This document shows positions 51,675 to 64,000 of a stretch of DNA of 64,000 bases, one piece after another (the stretch's first letter is position 1; every line of letters begins with the position of its first letter). The notes below the pieces were generated by a model that did no database searches, had not been told where the DNA came from, and worked only from the letters and a program-made list of their open reading frames with translations. Location of the stretch: positions 124,558,001-124,622,000 of the forward strand of contig JBITNC010000001.1 of the NCBI GenBank assembly GCA_050084985.1, written 5' to 3'. The translations under genes were made by a program, and so were the position numbers. This DNA is from Nageia nagi. Taxonomy: Eukaryota > Plantae > Pinophyta.

Positions 51675-52670
51675 AGGGGGTCTATTAGTAGGAAATGGTA
51701 AATAACACATGAGTGCTACGAGGGGGTATTTCTAATATCAACTTGAAGTATTAGTATATCGGTACATATTTTACAAAGGGAAGGGGGTAGGGGTTTTTAC
51801 TAAGGGGGCGAGGAGTTACCCATGGGTTACCAAGAGGATAGGGTTTGTATGGTATATGATGATATTATTCTTTTATTTCTATTCAATTTTATTATTTTAC
51901 AATAATTAAGATAATACTTTCCCAAAATTGTATTGCATAGATACATCTAAAACATAATTTTTTATAGGAAACTGAGCTCTTTTGTTAGTTAGTAATATAT
52001 TAAAAATGTTGAAGTATTGCTTCTTTTGAAGTGAGAATCATCATATTTTTTGAAAATGTAAGACATGTTGAAAGATTTCCCTATTACTTTTTCTCCTTCA
52101 TATATTAAATATAAACTAATACAACCAAAAATATTACCATTATAAGAAATTTGGCTAGCAAAATTATGATTGTAATACCAAAACTATAAATGTGGAGAAG
52201 AATACAAAAATCATGAGTGAAATGGAGTGAAAAATTTAAGAATATGTTTTTATCTTACCTTATTTTAAAGTTGAATACAAGATGAATGAATTTTATATTT
52301 TGGGTATTCCAATTGTATGAGTTTGCATTAAGCCTAGATAAAGAGTGCAAAGATAATATCGATGATGTAATAGAGATAGAACCTTCTTGTCTTTAAGTCT
52401 CACATTTGAGTTAACTTTGTTAGTATTAAAGGAAATATTATACATTGATGAAATAGTGAAACTCCTAAGAGGTGGTTAAAATCGATTTAATTTTTTTTTC
52501 AAAATTGTAATTTAAAAAAAAAGGTTATTAATTATTATGTAGGGGTTTACCATGAGGGGTTTAAAAAATTAAAATGGGAGGTGGTAAATTTAAAAAATAG
52601 GGGGGTTTTTTAATAAGCCTATGCTTGCGTGTGTTTTGAGAGCTTTCTATTAAGATACCCCCCCCCCCCC
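51675..52670. mobile_element. Possible non-autonomous Mutator-like TIR element inserted in a satellite unit
   Basis: G-run start and C-run end with degenerate inverted termini. The satellite motif ACATGT.TATTAG is present on both sides. Confidence 0.4.
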
Positions 52671-54410
52671 ACATGTGTCTATTAGAGAATCCAAAATCTA
52701 AACATTCAAATTATAAGCACCATGTAAAAAAACCATCTATCTAATACAAATTTTATGAGTATTTTGGTAGTAAAGTTTAATGATCCCTTAATAGTCTTAG
52801 GGATTTTCTTTGAAAACCTATTTTTCACATATCATGCAATCATTACAAATCATGAAATTGTGTTTGCATCATGCATCTTGTAAAATAATTTTTGGGCCTT
52901 ATGTATTTTTTATTTTTTGTGTACATGTCTATCAGGGAATTTAAAACCCAAACATTCAAATTACAAGCACATGTGGACACTTTCGCACACTCAATTTAGA
53001 TTTTATGAGTATTTTAGAAATTAAGTTTAATGGTCCCTCGATAATCTTTAGGATTTTCTTTGAAAACCCATTTTGTGCATATCATTTAATCTTACAAATC
53101 ATGAAACTGTATTTGCATCATGCATCTTGTCAAATAATTCTCATGCCTTGTGCATTGTTACATATTTTATATACATATCTATCAAGGCATTCAAAATCTA
53201 AAAATTGAAATTACAAGCATCATGAAGACACTTCCACATATCCAACTCAATTTTTATGAGTATTTTGATAGTGAAGTTCAATGATCCCTCGATATCCTTA
53301 GGGATTTTCTCTAAAACCTTATTTTGAGCATATTATGCAATCATTATAAACCATGACACTATATTTTCATCATGAATCTTGTTAAATAATTGTTGGGCCT
53401 TATGTATTCTTCTACATGTTGTGTACATGTTTATTGGGGCATTCAAAATCTAAACATTCAAATCACAAGCAACATGTAGATACATCCATACACCCAATTC
53501 AAGTTTTATGAGTATTTTGGTAATGAAGTTCAATGGTGCCTTGATAGTCTTAGGGTTTTTCTTTGAAACCCTATTTTATGCATATCATGTAATCATTGTA
53601 AACTATGAAATTATGTTTGCATCATGCATCTTGTTAGACAATTTTTGGGCCTTGTGTATTCTTCTATATTTTGCGTGCATGTCTATTAGGGCATTCAAAA
53701 CCCAAACATTCGAATTACAAGAACCATATAGACACTTCTGTATACTAAATAAGGTTTTATGAGTATTATGGTATTGAAGTTCAATGATCCCTTGATAATA
53801 TTAAAGATTTTCTCTATAAACCTATTTTATGCATATCATGCAATCATTAAAATGCATTTTATGCATATCATGCAATCATTGTATACCATGAAATTATGTT
53901 TGCATTATACATCTTGTAAAATAATTATTGCACCTTATGTATTATTTGATATTTTGTGTACATGTCCATCAAGGTATTCAAAACCCAAGTATTCAAATTA
54001 CAAGAATCATGTAAACACATCCACACATCCATTTCAAGTTTTATGAGTATTTTGGCAATGAAGTTCAATGGTACCTCGATAGTTGAAGGGATTTCATTTG
54101 AAAATATAATTTTTGTATATCATGCAATCATTGTAGACCATGAAACTATGTTTGGATCATGCATCTTGTCAAAAAATTCTCAGGACTTGTGTATTCTTTC
54201 ACATTTTATGTGCATGTTTATTAGGGCATTCAAAACCTAAACATTTGAATTAAAAGTACCATATAGACACTTCCACATACCCAATATAAGTTTGATGAGT
54301 ATTTTTAAAATAAAGTTCAATGGTCCCTTGATAGTCTTAGGGATTTTCTTTGAAAATCTATTTTTTACATATAATGAAATCATTATAGACTATGAAACTG
54401 TATTTGAAAA
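52671..54410. repeat. ~251-bp satellite, about 7 diverged copies (partial copies at ~51540-51675 and ~54590-54960)
   Basis: TTTTATGAGTATTTT...AAGTTCAATG recurs at ~52751, 53001, 53252, 53504, 53755, 54039 and 54290. Confidence 0.92.
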
Positions 54411-57400
54411 CCATTTTATGTGTATTTTTGCAACCATTGCAGTCCTTAAAATTATGCTTGCATCTTGCCAAATATTTTGCATGTAAGTATAATACATAAA
54501 AAGGTTTATATATGTTGTTAGGGTTGAAGTGCTTCATCATATCACAATATTTAAGGGCATCATTGTTGTATTCATTAATTGCATAACATCTACTCATTAT
54601 AGTCAATAAAATTATACTACATCATGCATTTTATAAAATAATTATTAGGACTTATGTATTCTTCTTCATTTGGCATACATGTTTATTAGGGCATTCACAA
54701 TCATATACCTTCTTCTAAATCATTTGAGAATATTGTTGGCAAAGGTTATGGAGTTTGGATTTACAACTTAGAATTACACCTTAAGATCATTGCAATCCAT
54801 GAAATTGTGTCTCTATAGCCTTTTAAAATAAATTATTTTGTACTTTTCCTCCAATCAATGAAATCCATGAGATTATGTTGCATCATGCACGTTATTAAAC
54901 AATTCTTGGACCATGAAACTATGTTTGCATTATGAATCATTATAGACCATAAAACTATGTTAGAGTTTGGTTTTGTTAAAGATATCTTCAAAGGTATATA
55001 CTTAAAGATTTAATTGATTTATTTGAATGAGAGAAAAAATAGAGTTCTTATCAAAGCACAAAATATAGGAAACATAATTAAGGTAGATATATTTTCTAGG
55101 TTATCAATAAATTGTAAAAAATCTTCAAGTATCTCTTCTTTATAGATATTTTATAGATGGTGCCAATTGCATCCTAAGATTATTATAGTGCATGAAATTG
55201 TATCTCTATAGCATGTAAAGCACCCATAAAGTCCCACCACTTAGCTAGAAACATAAAACATTGAAACAGAAAGGCCTTGCAAATACCCACATCAATATTG
55301 TATGATAAATTGACTTATGAAATGATAAACAAGATAAAATGAAGATAGGAATGAGAGATTTGTTATTTATTTAAGCTCCCCAAATATCCATAGACCTATA
55401 AGACAAATTTTTATGGGTGTTTCTATGTCCTAGGTCCTTAAAACTTTAAAACCAAGTAAGATGAAACTTGTGTGCTTATAAATCCCCAAACCTTGAATCA
55501 ATAAGGTGCTAGAAAGAAACATAATGCCTAAAATACATGAAAAAATAGATTAAACTAGAGTAAAACATATTAATAATGATTTGGTACCAATTTAAAAATA
55601 AAATCAAAACTAATCTAGCCTAGATCTATAAAGAGACTATCCTAGAATCCATTAGATGCAACCATGAAGAAGTATATTTTGAAATGATAAAAGGATATGA
55701 TGTTTTGCACTTGGAAGGAGCTCTAAAACCTACTAAAATACTTAAAAAAATAGTTAGAATTTACAAAAATTCAAACACATATGCATACCATAAATATTAT
55801 TAGGTTGAATTTTGCTAAAAACCTCCTTTTAAGCCTTGGAAATGATGGGTATGAATTAAACATTGCATACAAGGATGCAAGGATTCATGCACAAAGCTAA
55901 AAGGAAGTTGAACATGTGAGAGATCATGAGATGAATGTTAAAGAGAGAGAAAATGATTTTGAATTGATTTTGTATTTTAATAGGTCCAAATTAGTAAGTT
56001 GATTAGGGTTTTAGACATAACCGATTAACCAATTTCTTAATTGGTAGGCCAATCATGCTTAGGGTTAAAAATGATAAAAAAGATGCTAAGTTTCCAAAAT
56101 GATCAAATGAGAAACATTGCATAGTATGTTGAGTATAATATAATCATGATGGTCTATAAAATATGTCAAACCATTAGAAGTCACCTAAACAAGGCAAATA
56201 AGTAATTTTTAGGTGTTTATAAATGCCCCTTTTTGTATTGATTTTTATGAGAGGTGAAATATTTTTTATGAGATGCAATATGCGATACAAAAATAGGTGA
56301 AGTATGTATGATGTGGTGAAGGTGTGTGTGATATGGTGCAAGTGTATGATGTGTTGATTGAATCAACATAATCATGTTGCAAGTACATATAGCTATAACA
56401 CCTCATGGTTCAAACACTTTCATGTTGTAACAAGTATATACTTGTGAAACCAAGATGTGATAACGATGTAGTCAAACCAATGAATGCTACAAGTAAATTA
56501 TCATGAAGATAAAATGTATAAAATATACTATACAATGATGTGACACAATCATATCAAGTTCTCATGATAAGGATGCAATTGCATTAAATGATCAAATAAC
56601 AAAAGCAAATGATCTCTTCTTTTCCTTAGTAGTTGAAGGGTAAAATGATCAATGATTTATGCTTTTCCCTAGTATCTAAAGAATGAAATGATGGTGACAC
56701 AATCAAACCAAGTGATTTAATTTGATAGGCAACATAGTTGTGTTAAATGATCAATCATAGGCTCGTATACCTACCAAGCATTTAACCGTAGCACACAAGC
56801 ATGCGATTCCTGAACAAGACATAATTCCAAATGATAAATGATCAAATATGATAAATAGTTTAAAATGAAAAGCAAAAAATATTAAATAAAAATGTTAATT
56901 TTGCAAAAAAATGATCACACTTATGGGGGTGCCTAATTGGATAACTATGATAAAAAAATGTGAAATAATTAGGTGATTATATCCCACTCGAATGAGAATA
57001 TAGAATGAGGTCTAGGATAGGGCCACATCCATCTTATCGGTTGATGAGATTCATGAGAAAAATAAAAAAAGTTAACAAAATAGACTTAGCTAGTATACTG
57101 GAGATTGGTTATAACTGACTAGCATAATAGTTAGGGAACCCAACTGGATGAACTAGCTAAATAAGTTGGTTAATTGGTTGACTAACTAATAAGTCAGTTA
57201 GACCTACAATGAGTCAAAAATAAAAATAATAGCTCATTTTTCACTTTGCACACTTATCTCTTACATATTGGAGCTTTAACTAAGGGAGGCGTTCTTACCA
57301 ATTTTGAGAGAAAGAGAGATCATAATTGATCATGACAAAAACCTATATGAGATGACAATAAAAGTAGTTGGCAGAGAGGGTCCACTAGGTGGTCCACTGC

Positions 57401-58269
57401 ATGGAGGAGATAAACATCCATAAAAGTGGGTAAGTGGATAAAAACTCATTTGATTATAATTTTGAAATCATATATAATTAGCTCATATGTAGATTAGCAG
57501 TAAAAATCAAGTTTTTTTTCTAACTTTAACAGTTGAATTTTGCATAAATTAATAAAAAAAATGTAGAAACCATCTAAGAAACCTAGCATCACATAACTTG
57601 CAAAATATTTGATAAAATTTGACTAAACTAAAACTAAAATGTAGATAAAAATATTTACAACAACTTTAGTAGAGAAATTTTTGAAATTAGTGTAATTTTT
57701 ATGTGTATTTTTCAAGTTTTTTAGATTTGGTGATGGGGTATGAATATGTTCATTTTTGGCTCTACTAAGCAGCGGGGTGCATATCAATCCTGATTAACAA
57801 AATGATGGTCACCCTACTAATTAGATCTTAATTAGGCTAACCTAAGATCAATGGATTGACTATTCAACCATATAATCAATTAGCTAACTAATTTGTAGGG
57901 AACTAGTTAAAAAACCCTAATCAACCTATAGGGAATTGGTTAGAAAACCCTAATTAGCCTTCAAGGAATTGATTAAATAGATAGGCTAAACATAGTTAAA
58001 TTTTGACAAGTAATATGATAAAACTTGATTTATACATGAGAGTAGGGTAAGATGACACTAGGCAAGATATGATATGGGATAAAATTAACTAAGAAAATAT
58101 AAACATATGGTAGGTGACTTATGAAAAATAAATATTGACTTTACAAAATAGGAGTAACTTTGGATAGACTAACTTTGAATTAGAATGAGAGTGTTATAGA
58201 TGCTTGAAATTGTACCAAGATAAAACCTAACATAAATTCAAGTTGATCTTTAGCATTATATACAAGGTG

Positions 58270-60300
58270 CTCAATGAGGAGGATTGGATTATGCTAGAGG
58301 AAATCGGGTTCAATGGTATGGTCCAATTATATCATATGATCTTGGACCAAATATACATATATACTTTGATGGAGCATTTGGATTCCATTCATAACACCTT
58401 CCATTTTCCCACAAGGTAAATGATGATCATGCTAGAGGATAACTATAGATCCTATGGGTTCCCATTGAGGGTGAGGTGATCACTAAGGCTCACACAAAGA
58501 ATGGGGTGATGAAAAGGATATTCAGGTATGTCTAGTAGGCCATTAGCATTGGCATAAGGATATTGACTATGCTACCCTCTATGATTAGGGTATGTTTAGC
58601 TACCAAGTACTTATGATCATGATCCTAATTAATGCATATGTTCTCTCAGATAATTTTGGGCATAGGTTCCCTTAAAACTTACTAGATGTGGTCAAATACA
58701 TTGTCAAGAATGGGATCGTATATGTGTGGGGACCTATAATCCTCTAGTAGATTTATAAGTAGGTGGAAAATCATGAGAGAGATATAGTTGGATTATCAAC
58801 ATCATTATTGATCTATATTTGGATGTGGGAGCATGTCATAGTGGTGCAACCCCATAACTTATCATATATTATTCATTTAGATGACATGATGGATCCAGAG
58901 ACATTAATGACTAGGTAAGAGCTCTTGTATTCTCATTATTGGGAATGAGAGCATGAGGCACCTCGTAAGAGGCCCTACAAGGGTATATATATCTAGAAAA
59001 GGAAAATATGGGCTAGCTTACAAGCTAAGGATATTATCTAGTAGTCTTAGAGGAGGCCATTAGGGTGAGATGAGGAGGTAAAGGAGCTAGCCTATATTAG
59101 ACAAACACATGATGTGTGTAGGAAGAGGGATAGGGATGTTGATATTTTATGATATGAGAGGATAACATCATAGTTTAGAGTACTGTAGGATGTATCATCA
59201 AAGCTCAGGCTCTATAAGTGGGTTAACTCATAGGGGTATTTTCCCAAAAGAGGTATACACTTCTTGATAATATACTAAACTATTCAATTGTAACTTTGAA
59301 TATCAATGAAATTGGCACCATGATTGTATATGATGCATGATGGGATCCCTAGATGGAGCATATCATTATAGGCAACTAACTATAGGTACATCAAGCAATA
59401 GGAGAGGGTGCAAGAGCACCATGAGTAGCAATAACAAGAGAGGAGCAAGTGTAATAGGTACCATAATAGTAGTCACAAACATAAGGAGGGGAAAGAGACA
59501 TGCCCCAATTGGTTTAGATTTTGATCAATATATGGATGCTATGAGTACTCAAGATGACATATTGACATAGGAGAGAGATGTGACTCTTCAAGAGTGGGAC
59601 ACAATGCAATAAGAGTGATATGCCTTAATTGTAGAGTGTGATACCATATGTATAAATAGAGAGAGAGAGATAACATCACCTAAGAGAGGGATGCAATAGT
59701 CTAGGATAGGGATGAATTAGCAATGCAGATATAGTATACCCAATAGGAGGTGCAAAGGCTAAATATGGTGGTGGAAGTAATCACAAGGGAGAAGGACTCC
59801 CTATAGGCTTGAGTGAGAGTGTAGATGGTCCCTACATAGATACATACAAAGAAAGAGAGCTTGACATAAGGGGATTAAAAAAGGATGATTCTATAGGCTA
59901 CATATAATGTAATCATGTAGAATAATCATGGGAGTTGGTGAGGGCCACTACATTTTAGGTGCAGCTAACAAAAATGTGCCTAGTGGCAATGGAGCTAGTG
60001 GAGGGGTGATGGTTAAGGTTATAGAGTTGATCAAAGAGTTGATAAATATCTCACACAACAAAATCAAGGAGGATAAGGAATCCTTCCTTACACAAATCAT
60101 ACATGATCTAATAGTAACAGGTCGATAGTGGATGCATTAAGGCATATAATATCAACAATGATAAGGGTTTTTAGAATACCTCCTCCACCTCTACACATAG
60201 ATGATGATATAGGACCATCAAGGAAGTAGTATCAAAGGGATAGGGGGAGATCAATACTCCCCTAGGATAAGGGTAGAGGTACAGTGATTAGGGATCTTTA
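58270..60300 (+). pseudogene. Aminotransferase-like plant mobile domain (PMD) ORF remnant, antisense to pol
   Basis: LMEHLDSIHNTFHFPTR*MMIMLED..GFP matches PMD ERW..THTFHLP.GEMTITLED. IWMWEH at ~58817 matches W.WEH. Followed by a coiled-coil-like tail. Confidence 0.75.
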
Positions 60301-60544
60301 AAAGGCTCAAAAAGTTGATAGATAGATAGATCTAGATGATACATCAATTTTTGCTATGCACCTATGAGCATTGATTTATATATATATATATATTCATTAT
60401 GATACAATAATGCACTATGTATGTTTTTGAATATTTTGATTAGACATTGATGGACTTTTTATAAATATGGATTTTGATCTATATTTTCATGTTATGTATG
60501 CTTGATGATTTCATGATATGCACATGGTTATTGTTATGATATGA

Positions 60545-60546
<2 letters not shown>

Positions 60547-60605
<59 letters not shown>
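60547..60605. repeat. (AT)n microsatellite
   Basis: Directly visible. Confidence 0.97.
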
Positions 60606-60607
<2 letters not shown>

Positions 60608-63600
60608 TTTATGATTATATTATGATGCATTTATGTACATGTCATGATATTGATATGATGATATCGATTATATGATGATAATTATCTATATTTATATGTA
60701 TTCATGATTTTACTTTAATGTACGGATGGATAATACAATTATATGCATGTATGAATAATAAAATATCATGTATGTATGGACATGATAAAAATCACATAAC
60801 ACACACATATATGTATGCAATAAATTAAAAGGAATGAACAATTAACCATTGTAATGAACACACAATTATAACATGGTAAAAAGAAGTACACACACAATTT
60901 TATTAACAACTAAAATAAATTTGATTAACAAAATTGACAATGAAGTGATAACAACAAATGATGATAAATCATAACTAACAAAAGATGATTATAACAAACT
61001 AACTATAATGTGAATATGATCATAAATAAAATACCATATGATGAAAAAATAAATATGATAATAACAAACAAATAGGCTATAAAGATAGGCAAGAAGAACT
61101 TGGTAACAAAAAAATAATAATATATAAATAAGATATGATAATGAAGAAACCACATGAAAAAAATGATCACACATTGTTACAACATAAATATGACAAAAAT
61201 TTGATAACGATAATTATCAATGATCACAAACAAAATTAGACCACAAAGTAATGAATAATGGATGACCAAGATAAAGTGAAACTCAAGTATTATAATTTAC
61301 CAATATGATAAAAAATATAAATGATAATATTTTGACAAAATCTCACCATGAAAAGACAATAAGATGATTATACACACCCATGCAAAACACTATAGAAAAA
61401 TGATATTAACATGACCATAAATATCATTGAAATTGAACATGACATGGAGTGATAACATAGAGAACATACATAAATAGTCATCAAAATGCAATTGCAAATT
61501 AGCCTGGAATGAGAATTTAACAAAATTTAGTTAAAAAAGTGAAAAATTACAAACTTCAATAGAGAATACTAAGCAACCATCACATCGAATGACCAAATGG
61601 AATTGGCAACATGATTATAGGTAATTTAGTCTAAACATAGGATCAAATGGATAAAAAAATGGAGATCATTTGATCAATATATAAAGCCCAAATCAGAGGC
61701 AACTTACAATGTTGTGATATCCTTCAGTGGTCATTGAAAGGGTGTTGTTCCAAGTGCCACTCAATTTGGCTTTTGTAAAGGCATTAAAAAATAAGATAAA
61801 AATATGAAATTTGGTATGATGAATTTTATTTAATATATTAAGAGATAAAAAATAATGAAATAAAAAATGTGCATCATTTGACAAGTGGAAAACATTAAAA
61901 TGAGAGGCAATTTTTACAAGGGTTAAATTTTAGGACCTTCATCCCTAAAATGGGAAATGGTAACAAATGATGTCAAAATCAAGCAAAATTGAATAGGGTG
62001 ACTTAAAATGACATAAAAAGATGATAAAATATAAATTTTGAAAAATGAGTAAAAAATGACCATAAAACACCCACACTTACCAAGGCATCATATAAGGCTA
62101 AATAGCGAACTTGGGAAAGTGGTAAAATGATAAAAATGAATTAAATAGTCACAACAAGAATATACAATATGAATACCAATGATCAAATAAATTTTAAAAT
62201 AATATAAAATTAGAAATGAAGATGAAAAAACATGAAAACACAAGCGATAAAAAATTACAAAAATCACAGAGCAATATAGCAAGAGAGGTGCCATCAAAGG
62301 ATGTCAAAGCATGTCATCAAATCATCTACAACATAAGTATATCTCTTAGAAATAATGATAGTCAAAACCTATGGTCAAACTTGAGGTAATGATATAAGGC
62401 AATCCAAGGTGGTTGTGACCCAAGTGGTTATGTACTCATCGGGAACCATGAATGGGACTACGTGACAAGGGACACAAATGTACATACAATGATTTCATTT
62501 ATGAAATGAAATACAAGAAATAGAGAAGAATATATCTTGGCTCATCTAGGTACATAAGGGAATGAATTCCATGCATGTTTAGGACTATCCTTTCTTTACT
62601 ACGAATTCAAGAGGTAATGTCTAACAATCAACTTTAAAGGAGGACCAAGAGTGATACCAAATAAGATTATCAATGCAAGTGATAAAGTCTTGATGAAAAG
62701 TACATCAATAAATATCTACATGACACATGATGGCTAAGAAATAAGTGACTAGTTTCCTACCTCGTAGTACACATGAATGCACAACTGCAAAAGAACAGAT
62801 AGGATCTAGTATCAACTCTTGATAAGATGATTAAAACTGAAAGATATGAATGAAATACATAAAATGATAAAATTCATAAGACATGAATAAGTACCTACAT
62901 GTAATGCGTAATTCATAACTTAGTATAGATGCGACTACGAGAGAGATCAAGATGATAAGAACCAAAAAATACAAGAATAAAAAGATGACAAGATTGACAC
63001 ACAATACAAAAATAAGGAGATTGAAAATAGAAAGGATGGAGATGGATGATAATGATAGGCTTAATATCTTCATGTCCTTCCATATCTATGAGATGGTACA
63101 CACTTAAATATATCTTTCTCTTAACAATGTAGGGGACTATCCAATTATGGGTAAACTTATCCCTAAGAGGATGCTCAATATGGGATTGTTGTAGATTATC
63201 TTTGAGAACCAAGTTGCCAATTTAGAACTCACACAAATTGAATTTAATATTGAATGATATCTTGATACACTTTTGATAAACCTTATGATGATCAATTGTA
63301 TTGATACATCTCTAATCAAGCAAAAGAAGTTAATCTAATCTATCTTAATGAGTCTCTTCATTCGAGATAAGGTCTTTGAGAGACACACATAAGGAAGGGA
63401 TCTCAAGCTTAAGAGGCATAATTGCCTCCCCATTGTAGATGAGATACATAGGGGTAGAACCTATGGGAATCTTGATATTAGTGTAATATATCCATAAAGC
63501 ATATGGGAGACACTCATGCAAATTGCAATAATTTTCATTAACCATCTTCTTGACAATAGTGATGATTGTTTTATTGGTTTCTTTGGCTTGACCTTATTAC

Positions 63601-64000
63601 CTTATGGGTAATAAGGCATAAAGAAAGATTTTTTTATGTGATATCAATTGCATATTATCCTCAGATGTTGGTTCTTGAAATTAGGACTATTATCTATAAT
63701 GATCCTAGCAAAAATACCAAATCAACATATAATATGAGTCTCTATAAAAGTTGTGCTCTTTGTGCCTATAGTAGAGACTAAAGGTATCACCTCAATGCAC
63801 ATGGTAAAGTACTTAGTAACAATTATAATAAGATTATGAACTCCTGATAAATGAGGAACCAACTGATCAACAAGATTGAATCCCCATTGGGAAAAACACC
63901 ACATCTCTTGGATAGGTTAAAGAGGATGAGATAGGATATGTTGAATATGAGCATGTTGTTGATATTTAACACACTTATTAATATACTCATTACAAACATG

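Larger units (their letters stand above)
55214..64000 (-). mobile_element. Ty3/Gypsy Tat-lineage element, 3' part (integrase, ~6.8-kb 3' region, 3' LTR ~55214-56221); continues right of window
   Basis: Integrase WCFSQWGFNLV, YFT, LPYALWIY..GSTPMYLIYNGEAIMPLKLEIPSL, KFTHNWIVPY (~62990-64000). PPT-like AAAAAGGGGCATT at 56222-56234. LTR ends TGTAAAGCACC / GGTGTTTATA. Confidence 0.75.

Noticed and set aside
53005-54606. Family of similar MSIL..KFNG ORFs
   Set aside because: Translations of satellite monomers with inconsistent frames.

Overview
Plant nuclear DNA, AT-rich, CpG-depleted and almost entirely repeats. A gymnosperm host is inferred from a Tat-type Gypsy with PROT-aRH-RT order. Only one host gene is present: an intronless L-type lectin receptor kinase (43399-45417, minus strand) broken by three 1-nt deletions. 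The rest is nested transposons: two copies of one Ty1/Copia family (a 3' end at 1-1194, and a full-length copy at 16426-25085 with apparently identical 489-bp LTRs and TSD ACCTA), a decayed CRM-type chromovirus (1642-7415, TSD TATGA) inside a LINE, a TatII-like Gypsy with an extra ORF, a second decayed Copia family, LINE fragments, mini-/micro-/satellites, and a Tat-like 3' end carrying an antisense plant-mobile-domain ORF. The most notable signal is the ~830-nt non-coding module between pol and the 3' LTR of the young Copia family. It lies between two PPTs and holds an array of ~49-nt hairpin repeats with compensatory base changes, followed by a multibranch stem-loop domain, so it is a candidate cis-acting RNA element. 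All alignments and foldings were done by eye.
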